A DNA stretch of 61,620 nt, the filler included, from Choristocarpus tenellus KU-1152 (Eukaryota > Protista > Phaeophyceae): the NCBI GenBank assembly GCA_964200185.2. It is 12 parts of 12 records of this genome, joined end to end, with 100 filler letters (N's around TTAATTAATTAA, not from the genome) between each part and the next. Parts side by side here need not be neighbours in the genome. Positions count along the whole stretch, not along the records: positions 34,152 to 41,620 come from CAXNAD020006108.1; positions 41,721 to 46,568 come from CAXNAD020012811.1; positions 46,669 to 52,304 come from CAXNAD020010175.1; 9 more parts are not named here. The stretch is one strand, 5' to 3'. Every line of letters starts with the position of its first letter. Positions within the stretch are counted from its first letter, which is position 1. Position numbers and translations under genes: made by a program. The notes beneath the pieces are model-generated. The model was not told the DNA's origin. It saw only the letters and a program-made list of their open reading frames with translations, and ran no database searches. Positions 37,793 through 50,665 of this stretch are shown in pieces.

Positions 37793-40700
37793 CTAAAGTT
37801 CTGGGTCTAACTCCCCCATATCACTCTTTGACAAACACCGGGCTGACTTCCTTTTCATGAGACCCTCCTCCGACCCCACCTCCTCTAAAGTCAATTCATC
37901 AAATTTCCTCCTTTTTTTATTTGACTTCTTTCGCGTAATAGAAGAGGCTCCTTCATGTTGACTGGGGACCACTGAGGTGATGGTGGCGGTTGGCTCGGGA
38001 GAAAGGTAGAGGATCCTATTATTTTCCTCACCAAGAGAAAGAAACTGCACAACAAGTGGGATAGGAAGGGGATGGGGTCTTTCAGGTCAGGGTTATACGA
38101 ACTTCACTATGTTCATAGAAACTCTTCCCACTATACACAATATTGCATCCCTAGTCAAAAATGGAAGGTTCCTGTGGCTTTCGCTTTCATCTCTTTTCAT
38201 CTAAAATTTTGTTTGAAAAAGTGAAATTTTACTTGAAAAAATAAAATTTTGTTTGAAAAAGTAAGATTTCGTTTGAAGAGGTGTAGACAAAACCCAATCA
38301 CATCATATATATATATATATATATTTAAAGCTCAGAGGGCGAGGATTTTTTCACTACATCACTACATTATTGTACTAGTGCAGATGATAGTAAGGGCATT
38401 GACTATGATGCTTGTTCCACACAAACCAATACGATATCATAATTGCGGGAGCACGGAGACATGTATGCCACCATGTTGTAATAATAAGTCACTCTTAATC
38501 TTCCTCCTAACATTTTTTTCTGTGCCTTCTTCACCTTAACTCTATCCTGCATTACCTGGACAACATTACCCCTGGATTTGATCAGTATCCACACCTTCAT
38601 AAAAAAGGGGATAATTTTCAACAAGATATATCGACCTTTGGTGGCCACCCTCTTGAAATATGTGTAGAGGATCTGGTGAGAGTGCTTCAGCACGACAGGT
38701 CCAATAAGACATAGATAGAGACCAAACGAGCCATTGGTGTAGAGCTTGTCCACTGTTACGGGAGTATCACATTTGAACCCTGGTTGGAGAGGTCAGGTTT
38801 TCGATGGACCTCATGGCAAGTGTTTCGGAAAGTTGCACCTGTACCTCACTATCTTGAGCTAAGCCACAGAAGGAGATGTGCAGAAAGATCTATGGTCATA
38901 GCGAAGATTCATTGAAGACGAAGGAGTACGCACCAGCTTCTAGGGAGGATAGGTGCCGACTAGCCTTGGGATGGCTGGACCCAACTCATTAGGAAAAACA
39001 AAGGCACGTATGGGGCAGTGCAATCAGTTGTAGCCCAACAAGTAGTTTGTTGGGTAGAAAAGCAGTGCAGTATGCGCAGCAAATCTGATGGCTGGTCAAT
39101 GGGCTATGCAGGGTGGAAGTAGTGAAGTTCCGGACTGAGGGTGAGCAAATAAAACAAATAATATCCGGCCCATGAGTGATTCCGACCTCCCTGGGGGTTT
39201 CACAGAGTTGGAATTGTAGCAACTACAAGGAAATGCTACAACCTCGAATTATAGTGCTCAAGGTTGAAACGAAGAGAGAATTGGTGGGGAAGATTACTTT
39301 GCCGTTCATGCCGTTGCTCCTCATGGTATGCAGATTCCAACTGGTCATGGTATTCCTCCTGTTGAAGTTGGAGCCAACATACCCATTCCAGTTGAAGGGT
39401 TTCGAGATCAGGCAGAGCATGCCCAAGATGGTCAGAAACACACAGCTCATGTGGGACGGCTGGTCTTTCCTGATGGAGAACTCACCCTCGCCTCAACAAA
39501 ATGTGGCCTCGCCCTCGCCCTCGGTTGCAAGAGGGCACATTGTGAATAGTTATGTGTTGTCTGACCTACTGATATGCATACAAGTATGCCCTCATGCTAG
39601 CATAGAAATCGCTCATTACTTTACCTCTGCCTTTCTTTTCACCTTAACTTTATGCTACATTACCTAAATTGTTCTCCTAGATTTCATCACTATGTGCTGT
39701 ATCTTCTTATAGAGGGGGATTGTTTTCAACACGGGGTCACATGAGCTCCGAGCAACTGTAACCAGGGTCGGTTCTAATTTCGCAACAGCTTTAGATCATG
39801 CTCAGTTTCCAATCTAGGAGGCTTTTAAAATCTAACAGACTCCCAATACCAGAAGATTTTTCTACAGTAAAAAATTAAGACTTCTCTTGGTAACGACTGT
39901 TGGAGTTGCTGGTCAGTCGTAGAATGTCACTTAGAAAATACTTTGGATGTTGCTGGACGAAAAGGAAGTATCACAGAACGTCCATGTGATAAGCACAACA
40001 ATGCACAGGCGAGGACTTGTGTCGCATGCAAAATGTTCATGTGCACTAAGTGTACTATATTTTTTCTGTGTTGAATACAGATATCGATCTCACCTCCCAC
40101 TCTTCATCCTCGTAGAGTACAAAGTGCTTGCCTGAGATCGGCTCAAACGCCTGGAGAGGTACGGGCACCAGCACATCATTTCAAAGTGAGAAGGATTTGG
40201 GAGAAGAGATGCGTAGGAAAAGTCCGCCAGGAAAACATGCCTACCACCTTATCACCAGAAAACATAATACATTTTCTGGCACTTAAAACCTAGACACTAG
40301 AGTCCTCATAGAAATTGAATAAAATTCATGCTTCCCCTACCTCTGAGAGCACCTCTGTGGTAGTGACATGAGGTAGAAAATATGGAATCAAGCAAAAATA
40401 CGTGGTATCTTCTATGCAACGAACCCTTCTCCTGTCCTATTTGTACTCGAAAGCTAGACTATGCCTATAACTGGCCATCCAGAGAAAATACCAAACACTA
40501 AGATTGCCTTGAAACTATCTCTATACCACCAACCCACAACAGTACTCAAAGCAAGAGAACTTGTTGTGGTACATCATAAGCCAACACTCTAGCACTTCAA
40601 TACCCACCTTCACAGTTCCAGCGAACCACTTTCCCTCTCCCTCCCAGTAGACACTGACACAGTGCCTGATGAAGGCCTCGGAGTGGCCAAGAACACACCC

Positions 40701-41572
40701 TTGGCAATACCAGTGCCTTTCGTGGGACAGGTCGGCTTCTTCCATGAAAGGCTTGCCTCGCAGTACACCGCATACAGTGCAGGACACCTGCATATGTTGG
40801 TTTGAACACAATGGAAAAGAGAAAAAAAATAGGGACGTCAATATATGTCATAAACTTGTTCAGATTCACACATACATTATGTACAACAGAGTATATTATT
40901 TGAATCAAAGAAGATTTTCATTACAAAAACGTATTGAGAGAAAACCGAATAATAGGCAAAAATGGAACACCTGTTCTTTGTCTTGTTATACAGCAAAAAA
41001 AAAATCAAAATCCATAGAAAACGGAATCCAATTGTGCATTGTGCAATTGGTAGAAAACATTGTGCTGAAATATCAAACCAAGGTGTGGAATTTGTGCAAG
41101 GAGAGATGAGGTACACACAATACCATTCAATACTTATTCACAAAGCATGTGAGCTCACCCCTGGTACTGTCTTCGTCCTGCCATCCCCAGTACCAACTTC
41201 CTCCCCCTTCCCAAAGTTGGATGCGAGGGTAGGGGGCAAGTCCGCCCTTCCCTTTCCCACAATTTCATCCTAATCTCGAGCACCAGAAACGTAAACATCC
41301 ATACACACGGGGAGTCGATTTTCGCACGCATGATGGTGAGTCCGGAGAGGAACAAGGAAGTGGTTCGGAGAACAAGCATCACATGTAGAAGAAAAATAAA
41401 GGGCAGCAAATACTCACCACCTCAGACAATGAAACTGTCCATACTACTGTTCCCTGGAAAATTCGACTAGACTCGACCTGTGACATCTTCACCAGGACAG
41501 TCTTCAGAGCCTCCTCGTCTACTACATTCCTTTTCTTGGACAACGATTGCTCAGAGTTATTTGTTTTGTAAC
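37793..41572 (-). CDS. Chromatin-reader-like protein: PHD-like zinc finger + Tudor domain (3' exons)
   Basis: Exons ~41572-41418, 41269-41159, 40787-40608, 40150-40094 and 38044-37793, with phase-0 joins. VSCTVC...HWYCQGC is followed by VSVYWEGEGKWFAGTVKAFEPISGKHFVLYEDEEWEFLSL (Tudor consensus VYW..D..WY.G.V..F....GKH.V.YDDG..E.L.L), then a basic NLS-like KKSNKKRRK. Confidence 0.78.
38490..39731 (-). mobile_element. Old intronic element bounded by diverged ~130-bp direct repeats (LTR/TRIM-like)
   Basis: ~38490-38623 resembles ~39605-39731 (TTCACCTTAACT.TAT...CATTACCT...GGGGAT..TTTTCAACA). On the minus strand both begin TGTTGAAAA. No PBS or TSD was identified. Confidence 0.4.
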
Positions 41573-41773
41573 CTGACCCAAAGTATCTGGGAGAGGGGGG
41601 GGGGTCTACACCAGGGTGTCNNNNNNNNNNNNNNNNNNNNNNNNNNNNNNNNNNNNNNNNNNNNTTAATTAATTAANNNNNNNNNNNNNNNNNNNNNNNN
41701 NNNNNNNNNNNNNNNNNNNNGTTTTGTGGGTGACGAGGTGTATTGTTTGGTGGGGGGGGGGGGGGGGGGGGCG

Positions 41774-41934
41774 GGGGGGTCTACACCAGGGTGTCCATTT
41801 GGACCAGAACCAGGAAAAGTGCACTTTCATTATCCATCTGACGTATGGAACCAAATCTCCCAAAAATCACGACATGAAAAAATTGGCCCCAAAAGGACGG
41901 CTGTCCCTCCCCCCTCTCCCAGATACTTTGAGCC
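41774..41934 (+). mobile_element. MITE family B (TIR core CAAAGTATCTGGG followed by poly-G); longest visible piece
   Basis: Ends in CCCAGATACTTTGAGCC. A reverse-complement copy lies at ~14227-14357. Related termini occur at 13535-13557, 19628-19653, 41575-41620, 52282-52304 and 55908-55952. Confidence 0.8.
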
Positions 41935-42310
41935 AATCACAGAGATACATTTGAAGCAATATCTGTCATATCTCCATATTTCAATGCAGTATATCAAAAC
42001 TGTTTGCCACTATTTCACCCTTGTGTGTTTGACAGCTATTGTGACCCGATGTAAGCTAGAAGTACTCATAGTTGAATAAGTTTTTTTAGGATGCCGATGA
42101 GTATGTACAAGATTTTTTTTTTTTAATGTGTAAAGGACAGTTTCCAAATTGTGCCAAAAAGTTGCAAACAATGAAGGAATCAACCCTCCCAAGTCAAACT
42201 TAGAACTTCATCCATAGATATAGGGGGTGAATAGTTAAGGATTGAAAAACTGCCTTACAATGCAAAACGTCCAAGAACTGGGTACCTATCGTTTACTTTT
42301 TACTTTGTAG

Positions 42311-42733
42311 CCCACAGACTTGGAGATGTTGTCCATGTCCATTATTGAACCTGACATATATCTTGGATCACTTTCTATTGTATACTCTCCCAACAAAACA
42401 GAAACTTTGGACTTGACGGAACTACCTGGTGTTGCTCCAAGTGCCTCACTTGAATCTCAAGAGCATGGGCAAGGGCCTGCCACAGAGGAGCCATACCACT
42501 ACACTTCAAACATGGAGGTAGCTCATTCAACAGTTCCCATACGCAGTTGGCCCGCTGTTGTGGACTCAGACAGGGGGCACCCTGTGTCACACTTCCCCCC
42601 ACATAATATGTCTCAGTATGTGCTACCAAGTGCAACTAGTACTCCAGTTGGGGCAGCCCAGTTCCGAGGGAGTAGGCGAGATGTAGAGGATGTTGATGGA
42701 GACCGCCAAGCAAAGAGAACACGAATAGAATGA
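42311..42733 (+). CDS. Probable last exon of an unknown protein
   Basis: Strong acceptor tttactttgtag|, then a 140-codon open frame ending in an NLS-like QAKRTRIE*. Convergent with CFAP206. Confidence 0.55.
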   Translation, partial: PTDLEMLSMSIIEPDIYLGSLSIVYSPNKTETLDLTELPGVAPSASLESQEHGQGPATEEPYHYTSNMEVAHSTVPIRSWPAVVDSDRGHPVSHFPPHNMSQYVLPSATSTPVGAAQFRGSRRDVEDVDGDRQAKRTRIE

Positions 42734-43249
42734 AGCTTAATACTACAATATTGTCAGGACAGTTGCTGCCTTTTGTATCCTCATCTATGATTCCTTTGAG
42801 GCGAACCTGTTTCAACCAAGTGCACCACTCTCCACATTACACTGGTCTTGACATGACAATACTTGCCCTGTGACCACCCACAAGGCAGTACACAACACCT
42901 CAACCTTAAAAAAAAATGCGGCCCTACCCCTTCAATTTCACTTTCACCTTCACCTTCACTGCAGATGTATGTGGACACTGTGCTTTTAAGTGAAGACTTC
43001 CAACACCTTTCGATTATGGTGTCATTCTGCCAAGGCAACTGGTTGGACCCAAAACGATTTTGAAAACCTGCAGAGTTACTCACTTGTGTGCAGAGTGCCA
43101 GTTTGTGCTCGCTAGTGTGTGTATCCCATTGGAAAAGACAGGAGAACGTGAATGCCAATTTCACTTGCTCTTTATTTTGTTGTATTGTGTTGGTGCAAGC
43201 TAATCTCACGTGTTCCCTGTATTATTGATCATTAAACTGCCCAATCAAT

Positions 43250-45995
43250 CTATAGTTCAAAGACAAGATTAACAATTCTTGGCCGCTTGTCCTCCAAACC
43301 CCTGTCCTTGACGTAGTTTGATACACCACTGCAGTTGTTGCTGGTTCCCCTTAGGCCTGTGTGAGTGAACAAGAGGATTTTCTTGGTCAGATGCCCCTTG
43401 CTTTTGAGTTGTGCAAAGTTTATGAGTAGGTGTCACCTCCGTCCAATATTGAAGCATGCAGTATCATTTATCCATTGCCCTTGGGCAACAACACCAAGTG
43501 GAATTCGAAGGATACTTTCAGCCACTCACAAATCACCCCCTTACGGACTTAGATATGGAAAGTATAGCTCAATAGCATGCTGGGAAAATGATAATGCAAC
43601 TTGTAGACAACCAGAAGACAAAACTGAGCTCCTCCCCTCATAGGAGCAGTTGTTACCTGCAAAATATTGGACATGATATGGAGGCTTTGTCCCGCTAGTT
43701 GTTGTAGTTTGTGTTTCTTTCACACGTGGAAGGTATACTTGAGAGTCACCGGCCCTTCGGAAGTGTGAGTCCACCGTCTGCTGGGATTTGGTCACACATT
43801 TTCTCAAGTTTGCAGCCTGGAGTGCTCTCCTACGTAAGACCCATTCATTCCAGTGATAACTTGGGTCCTTTTGTCCATCCAAGATGTGGTCAGGGCAATC
43901 GGTACTTGCATCTTTTTTCTCAGCTGGAGCCACTGTCAGACTGGGGTATTGTTGACCCTTTCCTCCCTTCAACATGCGTGTGATGCAAGCTTTTGGAAAT
44001 GCATCTTGCAACCGCAGTAAGTGGATGAGCTCTGGTGAATGCATGGCACGCTCAAGCACTCCATTTACAAACTTTTCTGGACTGCTAAGAAATGCGTTGA
44101 TCGCAACTTCATGCGCAAAGACAAAGTAAGAGTTTTTGTACTGGACCACACCAAGCTCAGGCTTGCCTGGCAGTAACAGGCCCTTCCTACTGACAATGGT
44201 CCATGAGCAAAATCCTTGGTATTCTAGAGGTAACTGCATGAACTCAGGTGTGGACTCAATGGATAGTTTCAGCGGTCGAGCTGAAACATTCTCATCATCA
44301 ATAGTGTCTGTTGTGTTTCCCATCCCGCCGACATGCTTGCCCACCTCTGGTATATTATCCAGCGAAGTAGCAACGTTCTCTGATTCCTGCATCTCTCCAG
44401 TTGTTACCGCAACTGCTGCCTCGGCAGCCTGAGCATCCTCTTCTAGTGAAGTGGAACCTGGATGAGAGACTCCAATATCCAGCCCATTTGTGAGAGATGG
44501 AGTGTAGGAGTCACAGAAGGACCTCAGTACATCCATTGTTCTTGCTCTCCCCAAAATAATCCTGTACTCACGATAGAGTGCTGTCCACTTTGTCGCTATC
44601 TCATAAAATTTTGGGTACACATGCTCTTTCGGCACAGAAGCCCGGTTGCCCACCAGCTCTTGCAAGTCAACTATTTCAGAACTCATCGCCTGCCTCAAGG
44701 TGCCTACCCTTCGCTCTGACACTACCATATCTTCCTGAAGGCTCTGGAGGTAAGACAGGTACTGCCTCCTGTTTGCTAATTCATCCTTCCAGCGGTTCAG
44801 CATGCTTGGGGTGACGCCTTTGGGCTGGTGTAGGTGGATGTGCACAATCATCTCTTGATACTCAAGGCAGGTAGACTGAATTTCATCTACCCCCTTAGAC
44901 AGAGCGCCACCCAGTCTCTGGAGCAACGAATGTGAATCTTGCTCAGGATTAGGAAGGTCGACTCCACCCTTTCCAATGTGATGATTAAATACTCGAATGC
45001 CTAGTACAATGTTGGCGAGCTCATCTAGCTGGGCGTATTTCTCTTCGGCACTCAGACCGATGAATGCCTTGAGGCTTATTCGAGGGAAAACACTTTCAAG
45101 AGCAGCTGCCACCTCCCTTTCAACTCCTCGCACAATTTCAGAGCCGTCATTTGCATGTCGAAGAAGGTACGCAAATATCTGCGGAATGGGAAGGGGCATG
45201 GTTCGCGCTGGATGCTAATGGCAGCATTTAGGAAAGAAGGGGCCAAATGCATCACATCTGCCCAATACTACTGCAAATCCTTCAGACTTAGATTTTTATT
45301 TACGGGCCTCACCTATTCTCGTATCCCCAACAGCAGCTAAAGTAATAAAATGATAAACCTACGTTGTAATGGGCCGACCATACCACTACAGTGGCTTTGT
45401 TCGGACCTAGGAGCTCTTAACCAGTCATGGTTCTCAATGCGTGAGAGAGGATCTCACTTGCCGATGCAGAGCTGTCAGGGCGTCAAAGTCAGCTGCATCC
45501 CTCGGTTTCACCATTGCTATTGCCCGTTGTGTCTCCTTTAGCCGTGTACTTCTACGCGTGTAGTACGAATCTAAGTCCTCTTCCTCAGTGATGTAGCTAG
45601 AATCAAATGCCACTTGCATCTTCATAGTCTCCAGGGAAGGGGAGTCCTCGTCGAGCAGGCGATCGACGCTACGATCGACCAAGTCGTTGACGGCATCCTG
45701 AGTAAGAGGCTCGTTCAGATTGAACAACGGCTGGCCATCGACTTTCGATCTCTCAATAATCTGCCTCGAAAGTTGAGGGGAGAAGTTTGGACGCCGTTGA
45801 ATGGGTTTGTAGAGTCGAACACAAAGAAAGAAAGCACCCTAAATAAACACACACACTTGGAGCGAAGTCTGCACTGGGCGGTTGGCGTGTTCTCACCGTC
45901 CTCGCTATGAATGCCGCCAAAACCTCCGATACGGTAATTCCCCTTGATGCGCATTGTCGTACGACCTCCCGCACCAACTCTTGGATCTCGTCCAT
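43250..45995 (-). CDS. CFAP206: Cilia- and flagella-associated protein 206 (complete, 4 exons, ~676 aa)
   Basis: Exons 45995-45897, 45760-45458, 45178-43657 and 43356-43250. Motifs: SETLAAF-like SEVLAAFIART, SPSLETMKMQVAFD, EVAAALESVFP, LANIVLGIRVFN, VPKEHVYPKF, LEYQGFC, GLLLPG, PELIHLLRL, YHWNEWVLRRRAL, YFAGLRG. Confidence 0.95.
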
Positions 45996-46668
45996 GGTTT
46001 GTCCATGTATGTTAAACAATGATACAACCTCGAAACGTCGTTTTTGAACAATTTTTTTACAGTATATGAGGTATACCTGTTACCGAAACTGATTCTCTAG
46101 AAAATACTTGAAGATTACACATTATATCTATGTGTTGAGTTTTGCCCTGTTTGTCCATTTGGGCTTGGCTTCCCATCCATTTGGTAACAGAGTAGGGGAA
46201 TCTGTATTTTGAGAGGATCTGCCTGTTGAGGTCTCAAGTTTACAAACCATAATCAGAACAGCAATAAAATAGTTCTCATTTGTATATAGAAATACACTGA
46301 TACCAATCGAGACGACATGTACACGCTCATTACAATGATATAGTATCCTTCCACAGGATAAATTGGAGTGGGGGGTGGTCACTAACGGGTAAAGAGTACG
46401 CCCTGCTTCTCGGACTTGTCATCAATGCCGACCAGTTGTGCCAATCGATCCGTCAAACACAGTCCTCCTACCACCCCAGTTCAATAACAGCCGATCACCA
46501 ACATTGAGGATGGAGCATACTATTATGGAGGATGGGTTTGACCGAAAATGGTGCGCGGAAAGTGTCCANNNNNNNNNNNNNNNNNNNNNNNNNNNNNNNN
46601 NNNNNNNNNNNNTTAATTAATTAANNNNNNNNNNNNNNNNNNNNNNNNNNNNNNNNNNNNNNNNNNNN

Positions 46669-48260
46669 CCACCCCCTGCCCTCCCCTTCACACCCCCACC
46701 ATCACCACGAATTCGCCAGCGAGCAGATGCTACAGATGGAACTAGAGCACGCTCCTTTACGTGGTCGCCGACATTGACTATCCTCCCTCTCATGCTCCTC
46801 GAACCCGTTACACTCTGACTGGTTGACGTTCTTTCCCCAGCCAATTGGCTGACTCTCCCTCCACCACTGCTGCCCATGTCTCCGTGGTATGGGTGCCCAT
46901 CTCCTGTAGCACCATACCTGCTGCTGTCCCCACCTCGGCTAGATGCTGGTGATGTCCTACTTCTATTAGATGAGCGGTGAGTGGGAAGGTTGAATGATGA
47001 TGTCATCCCTGGAAGACAGTCGCCAGGACGGCTCTGGATATGTTCCCTCAAATGTACCTTAGTCCCTGGCACTGATCCTTGTGTTCTTGCCTCATGATGT
47101 CTGTCGCCATCACCACGGTTGCTGCTGCGATCCTGGGACCCTCTGGGAGACAGTTTGATTTTCCCCTCAACAAACGCAGGGAATGCTCTTGCAAAACCTG
47201 TAAGGCCACCTGATAACACAAAAATGTTGTCAAATCCTCGGTGAATGAGAGTTGTTGCCGCCTGCTTGCAAGGGGACAGGGGGAAGAATGAGAGGAAAGG
47301 TATGGAAGCAGGTCAGGGAAAGAGCGTGAACATAGCCGTGAGATGTCTTGGGAAGCATGAGACAATGGAGCGTAAGGCAAGTTTTTTAGTGTGCAAATAT
47401 ATCAGGGTTGGATGATTTCGATCTGCTTGTCCGGATCATCCTTCACGAGGCCATTTTTTGTATAGGTGTCCATTGAATCGATTCATTCCACCACACAGTA
47501 GAGGTCAAGGGGAACAAGATGTGAAGAAATATACCTCCTATTCCCCACAACGGCAGGGTCTGCAACTGTGTGGTCCTATTGGCATGTGACTTGCCTGGCA
47601 AGCAACCCTCTCTTCTTCACCATAGAGAATAATGAGACCCCCTTCCTTGTTCTTGTATCTGTATAGCTCAGAGGTCATACGGTCCTGATTCAGGAGCTTA
47701 GCCTCGAATCCCCGTGCTTGCATGATGTGATTAGCCTCGAACTCAGCAGGTGTCCGCAAGTCGAGGATGAGGTATGGCCTTTCATACTCTGGCTCCGCTT
47801 CGGAATCGTGGACTACAATGCGAGGGCCGTGGCTGTCGGGGTCGCGATGGTCACAGAAATCCTGAACGTCTTCTCGTGAGTTCTGTAGAGGCCAAGGGTG
47901 AAATCAGGAAGCTCGGGCCGAATACCGCTAGGGCCCGAGGAAGGGCTTGGATGGAGGTGACCAGTTAGGAAAAGGCGATGGAAATTGGAGAATTGAAATT
48001 GGAGAATTCGTTTGCCTTCACTCGATATCGGTTGACAAGGAAAAATCAAGAGTAATGTTATTGACAACAATCACCCATTGACTCACCAGCTCGTACTCAG
48101 CGAACAGTTCGTATAGCTGTCCAGGGGTCAATCTGAAGTATGATTCATCCCTCCGTCGTAGGTGTTGCCTTGTGGTAACAAACTTGAGCTTGTCCACTGT
48201 CATTCCTGTTTTCACCTGTTTCATGGAGGGGAGAGGTTGGACTACATATTTCCTAGCCAT
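46669..48260 (-). CDS. CEP41: Centrosomal protein of 41 kDa (rhodanese-like domain), 3' end truncated at contig edge
   Basis: Exons 48260-48087, 47882-47595 (GC donor) and 47261->46669. PYLILDLR..AEFEANHI...[41 protein letters not shown] matches CEP41 (PYLLLDVR...[41 protein letters not shown]). Confidence 0.9.
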
Positions 48261-48912
48261 TTTGTAAGATAGTGAGAGAACTTTGTTGCTAGCAAGACGA
48301 GGAGCTTTCGCAGCAATGGAAAACGACAGAGTGCATATTTAACAGAGAATCCACTTTTTAAGAACAGCTACACGCGTCAAAGATGCGCTTTCAGAAGACT
48401 ATTTTCGACTTGGATGTCTGGGGTAGTTGGCTCCAGTCGTATATGTTCACCTTGCTCTGAATGCCGGCATAGCGGGGGTTCAGGGGTACTCTTTTCTCCA
48501 AGGGACTGTTTCGTGTGGATAAGGCTTGCCTTGAGCCCATACGCAAGCTCATTCTGTGGCAATCAAATGGTGAATCCCCTCCTACGCAATACAGGACTGA
48601 AAAGGTACACGGTTATGAAGGTTGCATGTCAAACACAACTTCTTTCCGTTTTCGTTTAAATGTTTGGTTCTCGCGCTCTCACACGCCCCTCCATCGCGCG
48701 TCGCGAGGCGTAACTGCTGGTCCATGGTGCCGCATCAACCATCGACATGCCATCGCCGCCTACTATCTTGCGTGAGTCAAAAGGGAATGGCACAGACCTC
48801 TCCTCCAACACGCATGAGCTACAAGTGATACCCTTAAGATTAGCAACAACGCGCAGGGGTCTTGATGTTTCACCCACTCTTTTTCTATGTCAGAGCAGGA
48901 CGACGAGTGTGG

Positions 48913-50305
48913 ATGTCATGGCCGTCACGAACACCACGCGACCCGTCACCGCCTCCAGGTACTTCACAATCCACAATGGCGATCATGTTTCGAAGTGATA
49001 AGGTATCATTATTTTCAATATTATCTCGAGAAATGGCAGGTTGGCGGTTAGGTTAGGAGTTGATCTTGTGCACGTTCATATGACTGTTTCAGTCGTTCTG
49101 GACTGACTTGAAGTCGTCACTGTTTGGGACCTCCTCGATCCTATTCTCAAGGGGTGCCAGCTACACCGTCCAAGTCCTCCCTCATCCCCTTTCCCTCTTG
49201 CTGTATTTTTCTCACTACGATCGATCCATGATGCAGCGAGCGCCGCAGAACACAGGTGCTTCTTCCCCACGGATGCAACACATCTACCAACCATGCAGAG
49301 GCACCAACTACCACCGCTTTAGCAGTCAAGCAGACGGCGGCAATGAGGGCCAAGATAAACAAAGGAATGAAACGTGAGCGACAGGAGTTCATGCAACGTC
49401 TCTCTCATGAGAGAGAGCACAGAGTTCACTTGGAGAGTTGGGCGGCCTCACGAATTCAGGCAATCTTCCGTGGCTATCTTGTGCGACCACGTCCTCCACG
49501 TCAACGTGGGCGCCACCATGTCAGTCCTGAAGAATCCAACCGTCTCTTACTAGTCGATATTCAGGCGATTCTCGTAGGAGCTGGATTACCAACCATTCCT
49601 GGGATGAGCCTTGACGGACGGTATTTGAGATCATCAAACGGAGGGGGCTGGAGCCGCGCTACTTTGCGCCCACGCTCACGCAAACAACGCGTAATGCAGC
49701 ATGAGCAGGCAACCCAAATTACAAGAGTGGTTCGTGGATTCCTGGAACGACGTCGAGTGGGCTATCGATGGAGGGAATGGGAGCGTACGAGGCAATGGGA
49801 AGCGGCTCAGCTCATTCAGCATGCATGGCGAGGGTACTGGAAGCGCAAGGGTTGGTATGATTTGGAGTCAGGTTTAAGGGACGACGCCGCATGTATGATC
49901 CAGACGCGGTTCCGTGGAATGTCCTGCCGTATGGCTATTGCCATAAAGAAGAAAAATTGCTTTGCTTTGAAGAGGAAGACCGAGGCGGCCACAAGCATTC
50001 AGGCTGTAGTGAGGGGGTACATTGTATATTTAAGTGGTATTACACAAACGGTCAGGAATAGGTGTGGCCACGGGTGTTCAATGGATAGGAAATGGAGGAA
50101 ACGGCAAGATGAGAATGAATTGTATGAAAAGAGCAGAAGTCATGGATTGGCGTTGGAGGGACGACACTGCCACTACACGTGTGGGGCTGTTCAAGTAGAA
50201 ACCTTCAATGGTGTAGGAGGTGAAGATAAGAGTGAGCAAATAAATACCACAGTTGTTGATGCAGCCATAGATGTAATACCTACAAGGGATGATACAAAAA
50301 TCTAG
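48913..50305 (+). CDS. Multi-IQ-motif (calmodulin-binding) protein
   Basis: Long frame 49256-50305 after a cacag| acceptor, containing IQAIFRG, ITRVVRG, IQHAWRG, IQTRFRG and IQAVVRG. The phase-0 first exon 48913-49002 is tentative. Confidence 0.8.
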
Positions 50306-50665
50306 AGCTCCATATTCAGGGGTAGAAATGATGGGGGTTAATAAGGCCCTCAATTTTTATCCTTCTAGAGATTTTGTTCTATTTTGTGAAGACATGGCGT
50401 TGTGTGCAGGACAAAGGTATCGCCATGACCGATCAATAAACATATTGTCGCAGACCATGTTAAAGGCTGCCCAGAGCATTCAGGTCCTCATCCTGTGGCC
50501 GCAAATGAATTGTAAAGGAGTATGACCATAGTAGTGGTGAATAGGATGGCATACTATCTCCTTGTAACTTGCTGTTATATGAACGAATCCTCTGTACCAA
50601 CATGGTGGACAGATTGTTCCAGATAGTGAACTGTGTCAGTAAAAAACTATGAATTGTTGCATCTA

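Noticed and set aside
41575-41934. Two halves of family B MITE on either side of a linker, suggesting the contigs truly join
   Set aside because: The outer flanks (ACCT vs AATC) do not form a TSD, and the sequence before the G-run differs. They are probably different copies.
43250-50305. Apparent ciliary gene cluster CFAP206-CEP41-IQ
   Set aside because: CFAP206 and CEP41 are separated by the linker at 46569-46668, so their adjacency is not evidence of linkage.
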